DNA of 61,867 bases, the filler included, from Fonticula-like sp. SCN 57-25 (Eukaryota), in assembly GCA_001724245.1 (NCBI GenBank). It is 11 parts of 11 records of this genome, joined end to end, with 100 filler letters (N's around TTAATTAATTAA, not from the genome) between each part and the next. Parts side by side here need not be neighbours in the genome. Positions count along the whole stretch, not along the records: positions 45,114 to 50,636 come from MEDX01000559.1; positions 50,737 to 56,250 come from MEDX01000560.1; positions 56,351 to 61,867 come from MEDX01000561.1; 8 more parts are not named here. One strand, written 5' to 3'. Made by a program: the position numbers and the translations under genes. Positions 49,286 to 60,607 of this stretch are shown here, in pieces. Each line of letters starts with the position of its first letter. Position 1 is the first letter of the stretch. Under the pieces are notes generated by a model. The model saw only the letters and a list, made by a program, of their open reading frames with translations, was not told the origin of the DNA and made no database searches.

Positions 49286-50189
49286 TCACTCTGCGTCGCC
49301 AAAAAGGCACGCCCGCGTGCTGCGATAAACGCGCAACAGCGGATCCAGCCTCGGGAGCGTCTCCTAAACACATTGTGAGCCTTATGATAAACACAAATGT
49401 TTGCCGTACGGAAAAGGCCACAATCATATTGGTCTCCCCTGTCACCACGATGGCCAGGTAGTAGACAACCTGCAGATGCCGGATGCCCTCGTTGATGATT
49501 ACGTCGGCGATGCGACCGCGATCGATAAACTGAGAGTTATTAAGGCCACAGCGGTATCGCGTGCTCACCTGTATGCCAAGGTCGCGGACCACAAGCATCC
49601 TCTCTAATAGCGATATGGTCAGTACCGCGGCCGCTGCCGACACGGAAACCTGCGCACCTTCCTGGACCGTCGCCCCGATCCAAAGCAATACCACGGCCGG
49701 GAGTAAAAGCCATAGTATCGATACCAGCGTCAATTCTAATACAAAAAACTACACCAAATTGTCAGTAAATACGATAGAAGCAGCTAAACGAGCACGAACC
49801 AATACTGCCCAAACGGCGAGCGCAATGGCAAAAAAGATCGCTTCCGCAAAGGAAAGCCGCAACGGCCCCCTCTCCGTGTAAAAAATAAACTCCCTCGCAT
49901 TGTCCGTATGACGCAAGACTTGAAACCTGCGCATGCCAGCTAATACGGTGTCCGCTTGGGGCTTCCAGGGCAGCTGCGCCCCTGCAGTTGCCATCGGCGA
50001 TGCCATTCCGGCCACGGCGGGCGGCGTGGTAACTGTCGGCGCCTGCGCCGGCAGCGTCAGCGTCGGCGCCTGAAAGCCATTAAGCCGAAGGGAGCTCGAC
50101 GAAAAGGTCTTTGAAAGTGGTACGTGCGGCGGAGACGGCGCAACGCCCGACAGCGTCGGCGACGATGCCGACAGTTCGATCGAGGACAT
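49286..50189 (-). CDS. PIGH: GPI-GlcNAc transferase subunit PIG-H/Gpi15
   Basis: ERMLVVRDLGIQV, FIDRGRIADVIINEGI, YYLAIVV, TLPRLDPLLRVY; Ser/Pro-rich N-terminal extension. Confidence 0.85.
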
Positions 50190-50236
50190 GAACCACCGGC
50201 CGGGGGCAAGATTGCATGTCAGTTTGCATCAAGACG

Positions 50237-50636
50237 ATGGCGCGCTACCAAGGCATCGAGCGCGCGCTCGGCGCTGCGCTCTATGAACGCGTGCGCTCCG
50301 CGCGCGTTCTCGTGGTGGGCGCTGGAGGAATTGGATGCGAGCTCTTGAAGAACCTGGTCATGACGTCGTTCCTCAACCACATAGAAGTCATCGACCTTGA
50401 CACCATCGATGTGTCCAACCTAAACCGCCAGTTTCTGTTCCAGCGCCAGCATGTGTCAAAGTCAAAGGCACACGTTGCGCGCGAGACGGCCCTCCAGTTT
50501 GAGCCCAATGCTAATATAGTGTCTCACCATGCCTCCATCTTTGAGTCTCGCTTTGACGTGGAGTTTTTCAAGAGCTTTGACGTTGTTATTGGTGCGCCAA
50601 GCCGATGCTTGCAGCTCGCTCGTTTGCTCACCGCGA
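50237..50636 (+). CDS. UBA2: SUMO-activating enzyme subunit 2 (3' partial)
   Basis: [46 protein letters not shown]. Confidence 0.93.
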
Positions 50637-50736
50637 NNNNNNNNNNNNNNNNNNNNNNNNNNNNNNNNNNNNNNNNNNNNTTAATTAATTAANNNNNNNN
50701 NNNNNNNNNNNNNNNNNNNNNNNNNNNNNNNNNNNN

Positions 50737-53043
50737 TGTCGACATCGGATAGGAGAATGTTGTAGCCTTTTTGGAGGGATTTGTAGATGAATTCGGTGCG
50801 TGCGTTCATGACGGATTGGTAGGCGACGGAGCCGTAGGTGTAGGCGGGTTCACTTGAGCTAGGGAGGGGAAAGGGGTTAGTATAAGGGAAGAAAGAAATA
50901 GATCATGTGATCATCATGTTTGTATACACATCATGACTACATACACACAAGGTAGACATGTTCATACATACATACATCATCATGTTAAGATACTTACATA
51001 CACATGGGCATCATGTTCACATTATCATATCACGCACATCATAACCATACATCATCATCATCATACAGATCATACTCACAGTCATCATCATCATACTCAC
51101 ATACACATCATGAGCATGTTGACATATACATATACATACACATACACATACACATACATCATCATCATGTTCACATGTACATCATCATGATCATCATATC
51201 ATCATCATATCATCATCATGTTCTCATACATACACATACATCATCATACATACAAACACAATCATCATCATCATACATCATCATGTTCACATACATGATC
51301 ATGATCATGTTGACATACATACATACATATATACATCATAATGTTCACATGTACATTATCATCATCATATCATCATGTTCACATACATCATATTCATCAT
51401 CATATTCATCATATATACTTTTCTTTTCTCCCCTTCTTTCCCTTTCCTTTCCCTTCTTTCCCTCTTTCGTACCCCACTTTCCCCTTCTTCGCCTTGAACT
51501 CTTCCGCCATCGCCGACTCATAATACACCACCGGCAACCCCATGCCATGCAGCGTCTCATATATATCCATATCAATTGCATGAAACAAAAAGTTGTCCAT
51601 GCCAATGCGCTGAAGCGAGCACATCCAGTTGAGGGCAAAGTCAAGGTAGCCGGAATTGACAGAGGCAATGATGATGTTGCGGGTGACGTAATCAGCTTGT
51701 TGGTGGAGGGAGACGTCGAGGGATTGCTGGACGCGTTCGAACGTGCAGTGGGGGCAGGAAGAACCGGTTTTTGATGGGGAAAATTGGTCATTTTCCATGT
51801 AAAAAGTGTCTTTTTTGACGTAATTTGTGTCTTTTTCAAAAGTTTTGCCTGAAATTTCGTCTTTTCCCACACTTTTTCCCACACTTTTCCCGCCATTTTT
51901 CAAGCCGACGAGGCGCACGTCGCATGACGAAATGTCGCCAATCTTTTTCGGGTCCACTGGCTCGCCCGCCACGAGCTGGATATTATAGTCTGTACCGACA
52001 CGTCTATGGCTGCCGCCAGCGGCCATGTGGTTCAAATGGACTGCCAATATGACGTCGGTGCAGTCGACGGCGACGCTTGTCTTGTTGCGAATGTACTCTG
52101 CGAGCAGCCAGTTGTCCCATCGGATGCGGCCGACGACGAAAGGCGGGAGCGCGCGCACGTGGGCGGTGCGCTGGATAAAGTAGTCGATGCCAAAGCGGCC
52201 GTGAAGGGGCGCGTACTTGAGGGCGGTGAGGCGCAGATCGGCGCGCCAGGCGGGATCGTCAAAGTCGATGAGGCGCGGATGCGAGAGATCGCGGCGCTGG
52301 CCCACCATCACGAAATCGGAGTGATGATGCGCGACATGGCGGAGGGCGAGGAGGAGATCGTCAAAGTAGACCATGTCAGAGTTGCTGTACATGAGGAAGG
52401 GGGTGAGGGTGCGATGCGCGGCATCGGCGAAGAGGCAATCGTAGCGGGGGATGCCGAGTTCTTCGTGGATGCAGGGGATCGCGTGGCACTCAAAGCTCGA
52501 TCCGCTCGCGCGAGCCTGTGCGAAAAAAGAGCGTATTGTTAGACAAAAGAGGCAAAAAAGAGGCTAAAAAAGTATGAATGTGCGTACAGATTCGGCAAAT
52601 GCGCATGATGTGGCATCGCCGTACGCGATGACGTGCACAAAGGGAAGTTCGGTCCAGCTGCGAATCGCGTTGTACGTATGCAGCGCGCCTAGCCACTCTT
52701 CCTGCCCGTCCACACTGCATCAGCGCTCATGTGTTCATGTACTGAGCCAAATGATTCGTACCTGGCTGCCGAATGCGCCCTGCGACAGCGACGTGATGCC
52801 ATCACGCAATATGGTGAAAATAGTAAGTACGGCATCGTCGCCGTCAAACATGTCGGGCCGGCCATCCAGCCCGGCGACTTTTTGCCGCAGCAGCTCACGC
52901 GGCGGCGTCACGGCGTCGCTGTCTCTCCGGGCGCCGGACCCGTACAGCAGCAGCGACATGAGCTGGAAGGCGATGAGGGCGCCGATGACAAGCGCCACAA
53001 CGCGCATGCGGCGATTCAGCCGCGGCATTGATATCGTCACCAT
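50737..53043 (-). CDS. Type II membrane two-domain glycosyltransferase (GT-A-like domain + nucleotide-diphospho-sugar transferase/GT77-like), 3' partial
   Basis: N-terminal TM; YSNSD, GIDYF, VGRIRWDNWL; then VNSGYLDFALNW..AID..GYNILLSDVD; intron 50859-51472. Confidence 0.78.
50859..51472 (-). repeat. 614-nt intron made of CAT/ACAT microsatellite with recurring CATGTT(C/G)ACAT
   Basis: GTACG donor and TAG acceptor restore the frame (KVG|SSEPAY); low-complexity content is directly visible. Confidence 0.85.
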
Positions 53044-53661
53044 TGTAACTTACAGTACGAGGGAAAGCAAAAAAGAAAATGAAAAAGTGTTGCTTTTTAG
53101 CAATGCTTACTTGAGGAAAAGAAGAAAAGTCGGCTCAAGCAGCCTCGAAATCCACTCGGTGTTCCTGTCCCCCGCAGGAGGAAATGGCGCGGCGCACGAT
53201 CAACGATGTTGCTCGCCGTGCTCAAATTCAAAAGCAGACTTTTCCTGCAGCCAAAAAAGCGTTGGCGCGGATCTTTGGCGTGTCGCCGCGATCTGCTGAC
53301 TTGCGATGCCCCGCGTACGATCAGAATGCACGGAGCAACGAGACGTCCCGTAGAAAGGAGCAGAGAGACTTGCCACTGGAAGGAATCGAGCGCTCCTCGC
53401 AAACAACGGCCTCCTTGGCAGTTAAAGGGATCTGCCGCTGCTGCACGCCCCTTTCTGCGCGTTCGCGTGCCGCTGCACGCACGTCCGCAAGCAACTGCCA
53501 ATTGACAACCTGTCAACTCGGACAGGTCACCCCAGACTCTGCCCCTGCTTTAGTTGACCGGAATGCTGTTTTGATTGGCTGGCATTCCGTCAGCTCAGGC
53601 CCAAATCCGCCCCGGACTTTCCGCACCCGACTCAGCCCCAGACTTTACCCGCAAGCGCACG

Positions 53662-54072
53662 ATGGCATCGGCGATCCGGTCGGCTGCGTCGGCCGCTGCT
53701 GCGGCTTCCTCGACGACGGCGTCCCTCGCCGTGCGGCGCGTCCTGCTCGAGCACGGCGCGCTGAACGCGCGTCAGATCGCCAAGCTTCTTCCTCTTGAGC
53801 ATTTTAAGAGCCTCACGCATCTCAAGAACAATGTTCTTGGCGAGCTCGAGCGGCGGCATGGCGTGCGCAAGCTCTGCCTCAAGAGCGAGACGGGGAAGCG
53901 CGTGTGGGCGTGGGAGCTGCGCAAGCAGTACGCCGACCCGGACGTGCCCGGTCAGCTCGCGGGGCCGGGAACGGCTTTTCCGCCCAAGAAGCCGCTCCAC
54001 GCGGACGTGATCGCCTCGGAAAAGGCAAAGTTCAAGAGGGAGCTCAAGGCCGACATTGCGTCGCCGCAGTAA
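53662..54072 (+). CDS. Small hypothetical protein, possibly mitochondrial, winged-helix-like
   Basis: Presequence-like N-terminus, host-like codon usage, KSLTHLKNNVL..KRVWAWEL; CCAAT box near 53574. Confidence 0.55.
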   Translation: MASAIRSAASAAAAASSTTASLAVRRVLLEHGALNARQIAKLLPLEHFKSLTHLKNNVLGELERRHGVRKLCLKSETGKRVWAWELRKQYADPDVPGQLAGPGTAFPPKKPLHADVIASEKAKFKRELKADIASPQ

Positions 54073-54329
54073 GTGAAAAATGTGCCGCTGGTGGAGAAAA
54101 CGAATGTGAAACGGCGGGAAGGGACACCTAATTTAGGATGGAGGCGGGCGAGAATCGATGTTTCATCGTGACACTATGCGCTGCCATTCTGTTCTCTGTA
54201 GATAATAAGCCAATAAAAATTCAATGCTGGACGCAGATGAAAGACAAATTAAGCACTTTTTCAATAGAATAAAAGGAAAACACATTTAATAGTAAATTAT
54301 TGACAGTTTATTAAAGACATTATCCACTT

Positions 54330-55561
54330 CTACTTGCTGACCATCTTTTTGCTCTCTGTGATCTCGCCTCGCAGATCCGTCTCCATGAGGCGCCTCACCT
54401 CTGCGACGTCGATGCCGAGGCCAAGCAGGTACGACAGCTTTGTCACGGTCGCCTCGGTCGTCATGTCGAGCGCCGACAGGCAGCCGATCTTTTCGAGCTG
54501 CTTGCCGGTCTCGTAGGCGCCGAGGTTGACCGAGCCCGACTGGCACTGCGAGCCGATCACGACCACGATGCCGCGCTCGATCGCGCTGGAGACGAGGGAA
54601 ATGAACTCGGTCTTGCGGACGGACACGTTGCCGGTGCCGTACGTCTCGAGAACGACGCCCTTGATGGACGACTCAAACACCGTGCGCTAGAGAAGGGGTG
54701 AGTGGTACGGACTTCAGGCAGAAGGCAAAAAAAGTGGCGCAAAAACACACAAAAAGTCTCAAAAACACACCAAAAACACACCAAAAACACACCAAATTCA
54801 CACAATAATGACACAAAAACCAATATTGTTTTACGTACGAGAACATCGTCTGTGAACCCTGGTGTGAGCCGCATGACGACCACCTTTGTGTCGAATGATG
54901 ACGACACGCGGAACCTCCCCCTCGGCTGCTCCCTAACGTTCGAGTTCGACACTTGAATTGTGATGCCGAGGGTCGCCAGCGGCGGGAAATTTGGCGACTC
55001 GAATGCGTGCAGATCCCACGAGTCTGTCTTGATGGCGCGGTTGCCGCGAATGAGCTGATCATTGAAAAAGATGCACACCTCGGGGATCTCAAACTTTGAC
55101 GCGCAGTAGCACGCGACAATGACGTTCCGCCGCGCGTCGCTGTAAACGCTCCCGAAAGGCAGCTGCGATCCGGTAAAGATGACGGGTTTGCCGAGATTCT
55201 GAAGGCCAAAGCTGACCGCCGATGCCGTGTACGCCATCGTGTCCGTGCCGTGGATCACCACAAAGCCATCATAGTCGTAGTAGTTCTTTTCAACCAGATG
55301 GATGATCTGCTTCCATTCCTCGGGCGTCATCGACGAGCTGTCGACAAGCGGCTCGAACTCTATAATCTCGTACGTCGGCATCTCGGAGCGCTCGAGCTCG
55401 CTCAGGACGGCGAGCTGCTCGGCGAGAAAGCCCTTGATCGGGCGAAGAGCGCCGCCGTTCTTTTCGTCCTCCTTCATCACCATCGTTCCGCCAGTGTTGA
55501 GGATGAGGACGCGGCGGCGCGCGGGGCGAACCTCTGGAAGAACTGAAGCATCCCGATCCAT
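54330..55561 (-). CDS. ansA: Type I L-asparaginase (AnsA/ASPG type, no ankyrin tail)
   Basis: NTGGT, VDSS, HGTDTMAYTAS, TGSQ, RGNR, ETYGTGN, DMTTEATVTKL; intron 54687-54838. Confidence 0.95.
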
Positions 55562-55900
55562 CTCGGCAGCGGTCTCGGGCGCGGGAAAATCGTGACGTCA
55601 GCAAAAATTGACCAATCAATGTGGTTCAAAATCACCGCCGCGCGTGGAATGGTGTATGTAATGTAAGTGAAGCAAGGGTATTGAATGGTACAAAAAGTGA
55701 TGAATAAAAATGGCTATTATACAGACAAACAACACAGATATGCTACAATTGAATGCGACTCGACAATGATATAAAAGTTGTACCAATTTGATATGGGGGT
55801 AATCGAACATCGCTCGATCAAGTCGGTTTGAAGCCGACCAATTGTCAGTTTTTGCAGGGTCATTTGTGACTGCGGTTGCGGAGCGGGCCCTGGCGGCTGC

Positions 55901-56250
55901 ATGGATGGTGCGTTTCCCCTACTGAAGTTACTGTGTTAACCCTCATTTCCCTTTACAGAAGCGGAATTTGACGCGCTCATAAGAGAGTACGTCATTCTAC
56001 TACTACTAGTCTTGATATCCACGCTTCTGTCGTACGCATGCCTGCGTCAATCATTTCTGCGGCGCCTCGTCAGGCGACGAATCGCCTCTGCGGCATCTCA
56101 CTCTACCCCGCCGCTCTCTCTCCCTCTCTTTCTCTGTTGCGCGTCCCTCGGGATAGCCGGGCTTCTCCTGAGTCTGCCCCTGAGCAGCCTCGCGGCGGGA
56201 TCCCTGCTCGTGATGCCGCCATCCCCTGCTGCGTCAGCATCCCCGGCGGA
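55901..56250 (+). CDS. Hypothetical protein, N-terminus only
   Basis: ATG GAT G|GTGCG..CAG|AA GCG and a second GTACGT intron give MDEAEFDALIRE. Confidence 0.4.
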
Positions 56251-56350
56251 NNNNNNNNNNNNNNNNNNNNNNNNNNNNNNNNNNNNNNNNNNNNTTAATT
56301 AATTAANNNNNNNNNNNNNNNNNNNNNNNNNNNNNNNNNNNNNNNNNNNN

Positions 56351-57088
56351 GAGACGCTTCCTCTGTTTGCGCGCGCGAGCGCCGACCAAGGCGGGCTTGG
56401 TTTCCTTCCAACAGACATTGGCATTATTCTGAGCGCGATGGGCTGTGTAATTTTGATTTACACGGTAGTGGCGTATCGGCCGCTGTCGGCGCGCGTCGGC
56501 CTCATGCCGCTGTTCCGCTGGTGCACGCTCATTTGCGTGCCGTGCTCGCTCGCGTGGATTGGCGTCCAACAGGCCGCCGGCAATGTTACTGACTCAGGGC
56601 TTTGGGCGCTTGTCCTCAGCAACCTTGTCCTGAGAGGTCTTTGCGGCGTCACAATATTCACGAGCGTCATGACGTTTGTCAACAATTCGGTGCCGCGCGA
56701 CAGAATGGGGCGCGCCAACGGTCTTGGCCAGACGTGGGCTGCGCTCGCGCGTGCTATTGGGCCGACCGTGGCGGGTGCATTCTGGTCGTTCACCGAGAAC
56801 AGCACTTTTCCTCTGCACGAGACGCTCTCGTTCATCCTCATGGCGCTCATGTTTGTCGGCCTCTACGCGGCAACCTTCACTTACCCCGAGTTTATCACAA
56901 GACCGTTCGCCGAGCGGTACACTGCCGAGGGCGGCGAAGAGACTGAGGAAGACGAGGCGGGCGAGGCGCAGGAGGAGCAGGAGGAGCAGCAGGGCTACGA
57001 TGTGGACGCGTGGATGGCGGCCGATCAGGACGACGACGACTTTGATGACGTCGTTCCGCTTCAAATGGCGCATACTTCTAAAGTGTAA
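56351..57088 (+). CDS. MFS transporter (ZIFL/DHA1-like), 5' partial, acidic tail
   Basis: GGLGF, NNSVPRDRMGRANGLGQT..RAIGP. Confidence 0.85.
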   Translation, partial: ETLPLFARASADQGGLGFLPTDIGIILSAMGCVILIYTVVAYRPLSARVGLMPLFRWCTLICVPCSLAWIGVQQAAGNVTDSGLWALVLSNLVLRGLCGVTIFTSVMTFVNNSVPRDRMGRANGLGQTWAALARAIGPTVAGAFWSFTENSTFPLHETLSFILMALMFVGLYAATFTYPEFITRPFAERYTAEGGEETEEDEAGEAQEEQEEQQGYDVDAWMAADQDDDDFDDVVPLQMAHTSKV

Positions 57089-57507
57089 ATGATGCTTTTT
57101 GTCGACTTTTTGATACCCGTGAATTGTGTATTATACATTTATTGATAATGTACTCTGTGAATGACATCCTTCTGGACCCGCGGCATGGTGTTATACTAGC
57201 GCGAGGCGATCAGCGTCAAGTGGGTGTAAACGAAATGTATGGATGGTGCACACACATTGGCACTCGTATATAGGTGTGTACAGTGTCGAGCACGCATGGC
57301 TAGCTTGGTGGGATCACAAAAACTTTGCCCTTCTCAGTGCCATCATCATCGGCCGCCTTTGCACTTTGATCAAAATCCGCCCCCGACTGATACCCTTGAC
57401 CCCGAGCCCCCTGGAGCGGGAGACGTCCGCAAGTTGCATCATGTTTAACTGGCTGTCGTCTCCTTTGGCGCCCCCTCCTTGGCCGTGTTACGACTACGAC
57501 ACGCTGA

Positions 57508-58935
57508 ATGCGGCCTTTTGGGCGTGACGACGGGGCGCCTTTGGCCGACGTGATGTTTGAGAAGCGGCGGCTATGGCGCAAGGAGATCCTTGGCGCGAGC
57601 ATCTGCATCATACTCATGTGCGTCGCGTGGATGCGCCCGCGGGCCTTTATCGCCTGCCCAGCGACAGTGTCGGAAAGCGCTCGCTTGACGCCGCCTGCTC
57701 TGTACGATATACTGCCTGATTTTGCGTTTCACGTCTACCCGCTGCCGCCGTCGCTGCTGGACGACCTCGTTAACAGCAGCAACCCGGAGGGGCTGCCCGT
57801 ACACCCGCTCCTCAACTGGCGCGATGACAACATGCAGGTCATGACGCCATACTTTATTACAAAGTTCCTCCCGCTGCATCCCCGCCACACGAAGGACCCT
57901 GAAAAGGCCGACATTTTTATCATCCCGCACGTCAGCCCGATGGCCATGTACGACCACGGAATTCGTAGTTGCTTTTACTGACGGCCGCGCTGAAGGCTTG
58001 TTGAAAACCCACACCATGCCGAGTATCGCGAGCGGTTAAAAACGTACCTTGCGACAAACTATAACCACTACATCCGGCGCCGCCGCGGCTCTGACCACTA
58101 TGTGTTTGATTTCACGGTTGGCTCCCAGTATGGCAGCATCTTTCCCGACATCCACAAGATGACGTACGAGCTACTACCTCACACTCTGCCGGTTCGCGAG
58201 TGGAGCCGTTCCTCCGACACGATCATCATGCCCTTTGTTGAAATGACGCCGCGCCTGGAGCAGCGGCAGCAAGCAGCCATTCGCCTCGGCGACGACGATG
58301 CGTTCCTCGCCTCGGAGCCGCCGCGCACCCTCTTTGCCTTTTACTCTGGCTCGAGCACGGGCCCCTCTGGGCGTCTCCGCGCGCGCATCATTGAGAGCAT
58401 GAGCGTGTACAATGACACGGTGCCGTACTACCTGAGCAACCGCCACAGCGCCGACAAGTACGACGTCATCTCGGACATGATGATGCGCAGCGTGTTCTGC
58501 CCCGCGCCGTCGGGCGATTCGCCGTCTGCACGCCGCCAGATCACCGCCGTCATGGCCGGCTGCATCCCTGTCATCATGAGCGACTTTATCTTGCACCCTT
58601 TTGGCGGCATCGTTGACTGGACGCGATTCAGTATCCAGCTGCCGACGCGCATCCTCGCGTACGAAAACTTTATCGACCGGCTCAGGCTTGTGCCGCAGGA
58701 GCGCATCAGGGAAATGCAAAAGGCGCTGCTGGCTGCGGCGAGGCGCTTTACGTATCACTTTGGCGCACCGAAAAAGGGCGACGTGCTCGACACACTCGTC
58801 GAGCGGCTCGCGCTGCACGCGTACAAGATCCGCGCCATGGACAACTGGATGATCTTTAGTAATGGTACAGAGTTCCACGAGCTCAAGGAGACTGGCGGGA
58901 AAGCGATCAATTTCTATCCCAACAATGTTGTATAG
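57508..58935 (+). CDS. Exostosin-like GT47 glycosyltransferase
   Basis: N-terminal TM, TKDPEKADIFIIP, RRGSDH, SVFCPAPSGDSPSARR, AGCIPVIMSD, LHPF; 48-nt intron 57948-57995. Confidence 0.9.
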
Positions 58936-59131
58936 ACGCTTCTTTGAATAGATGGTATGCGCACAAGCGCAGGCGCGAGCTACTTTTTGCACGAGCTTGT
59001 GTTCTTTGGCCATATATCTTTCCCAGTTTACATTACAATTGTATGTCAATAGTATTAATAAATCTACAGCAGAAATTGAAATAAAAAACAAAATAGCGCG
59101 CTCGTGCGCGGGCGAACAGGCCATCAGTGTA

Positions 59132-60364
59132 CTATGGGTTGGCGAGGCCATAGTAGCCGAACGGGTAGTAGAGGCCATACTGCTCTTTCTTGTACGCAAT
59201 GTACGCGTCCTTGGTCAGGTCAAGCCAGCGGTCCCACGTGTTTGTCTCAAGAGTGCGCTTTTGCCCGAGAGCGGCGAGGCGCAAGCGGCGGGGCTCGTCG
59301 CGCAGCAGCGCTTTTATCGTCTTGATAATGTGCTCGTCGGAATCCCACTCATTAATTTCAGTGACGAATTCGCGGTAAAATTCGGGCCTGTCGCGTGGAA
59401 TATTTCCGACAAGCGCGCATCCCGCAATGGCCGCCTCGGCGTACTTTTGCAGAGCGTAGCGGTAGACGCTCGTCGTCACGAGGCACACGCGCGCCGTCTT
59501 GTACTGCTCGGCAAAGACCGCCACTTGCGCATCGAGCGGGTGCACGCCCGGTTCGTCAGGCTCTGGCAGAAAAGTAATGTTCTTTCCCGGAGCGTCAAGC
59601 ATGTAGCCAGGGTGCTTGTACCACACGCCGCCCTCGATGCGGCCGCTCCGCACTAGCTCGACCAGGCGGGCGCGCAGCGGGTACACCTCGGCGCCAGCCG
59701 ATCCAGCAACCAGAACTGCGATCGGACGGTTGCGCGCGCTCAGCTCGCTCCGGAAAAAAATGGTGGGCTCGGCGGACTGCGGCGAGTGCTGGAACACGCG
59801 GCGCGCTGCCGTGTTGCTGTAAAGCTCCATCTCTTGCGAGTACGAAAACTGGACGATGCCGCACCCAAACTCGGTGATGTAGCGATCGCATCGCCGGCCC
59901 CAGCATTCATTCTCGCGAATCATAACAACAGCTTCACTGGATAGAGAATGCACCTCGTCGCTTGGGACGATGCCAAACTTGTAGATGATGTCAAAGTGCA
60001 CGGCGCCGTAGCGAGACATCAGATTCTCCCGGATCGTCGCCGAGTTGTTATAGCCGCGAAAGAAAGGACCCCACATAACAGCCTCCACACCGCTATGACG
60101 CTTGGCTGCGCGGTACATATTGGCAAAGTAGCGGTCCATAAAGGCGTCGTAGGATCCTGTCTTGTTCGACAGAAACAGGATCTTTAACGGGGACGGCAAA
60201 TTCCGATCGCCCCATTCCCATGTCGTTCTCGAATAATATGGAAATGTGACAGACGTAGTATCGCTTGGCCCACCAAACCAAAGTAAAAAAAATATTAGAA
60301 AAAGTGTACCGACGGCTGCGCCAACAGCGATGAGAACTCGCCGCGGCAGCCGCCACATCAACAT
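59132..60364 (-). CDS. Type II membrane GT-B (GT4/Glyco_trans_1_2-like) glycosyltransferase, intronless
   Basis: N-terminal TM, MDRYF, WGPFFRGY, YPLRARL, HPGY, YALQKYAEAAIAGCALVGNIP. Confidence 0.72.
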   Translation of the reverse strand: MLMWRLPRRVLIAVGAAVGTLFLIFFLLWFGGPSDTTSVTFPYYSRTTWEWGDRNLPSPLKILFLSNKTGSYDAFMDRYFANMYRAAKRHSGVEAVMWGPFFRGYNNSATIRENLMSRYGAVHFDIIYKFGIVPSDEVHSLSSEAVVMIRENECWGRRCDRYITEFGCGIVQFSYSQEMELYSNTAARRVFQHSPQSAEPTIFFRSELSARNRPIAVLVAGSAGAEVYPLRARLVELVRSGRIEGGVWYKHPGYMLDAPGKNITFLPEPDEPGVHPLDAQVAVFAEQYKTARVCLVTTSVYRYALQKYAEAAIAGCALVGNIPRDRPEFYREFVTEINEWDSDEHIIKTIKALLRDEPRRLRLAALGQKRTLETNTWDRWLDLTKDAYIAYKKEQYGLYYPFGYYGLANP

Positions 60365-60607
60365 GATGGTTGACGCCAGATGACACAATGACATTCAAGG
60401 TCGGTTTGAAACGTACTAGATTTCGACGCGCAGCCGACGCTCGCCGCCGCGGCGCGAGCCAAAGTGGACCGCTAGACATGGCGCGTACTCGACACGTTGA
60501 CACTGGTTGGACTGCCCCGTTTCTATCGCGGTATTGACGAAAGGAGGAATTGACGTCGGATGTGGCATCCATACCAGACAATGCCTTCAGATCCCGGTTC
60601 CCACACT

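Noticed and set aside
50871-50882. GGGGTTAG as a telomere seed
   Set aside because: A single partial unit that coincides with the intron branch-point/pyrimidine tract on the minus strand.
50933-51774. His/Ile-rich ORFs on the + strand
   Set aside because: They are translations of the antisense strand of a microsatellite intron.
57976-57996. Two in-frame TGA codons in the GT47 gene suggesting recoding or selenocysteine
   Set aside because: A canonical 48-nt intron (GTACGA..AAG, 57948-57995) removes both; other genes end in TGA normally.
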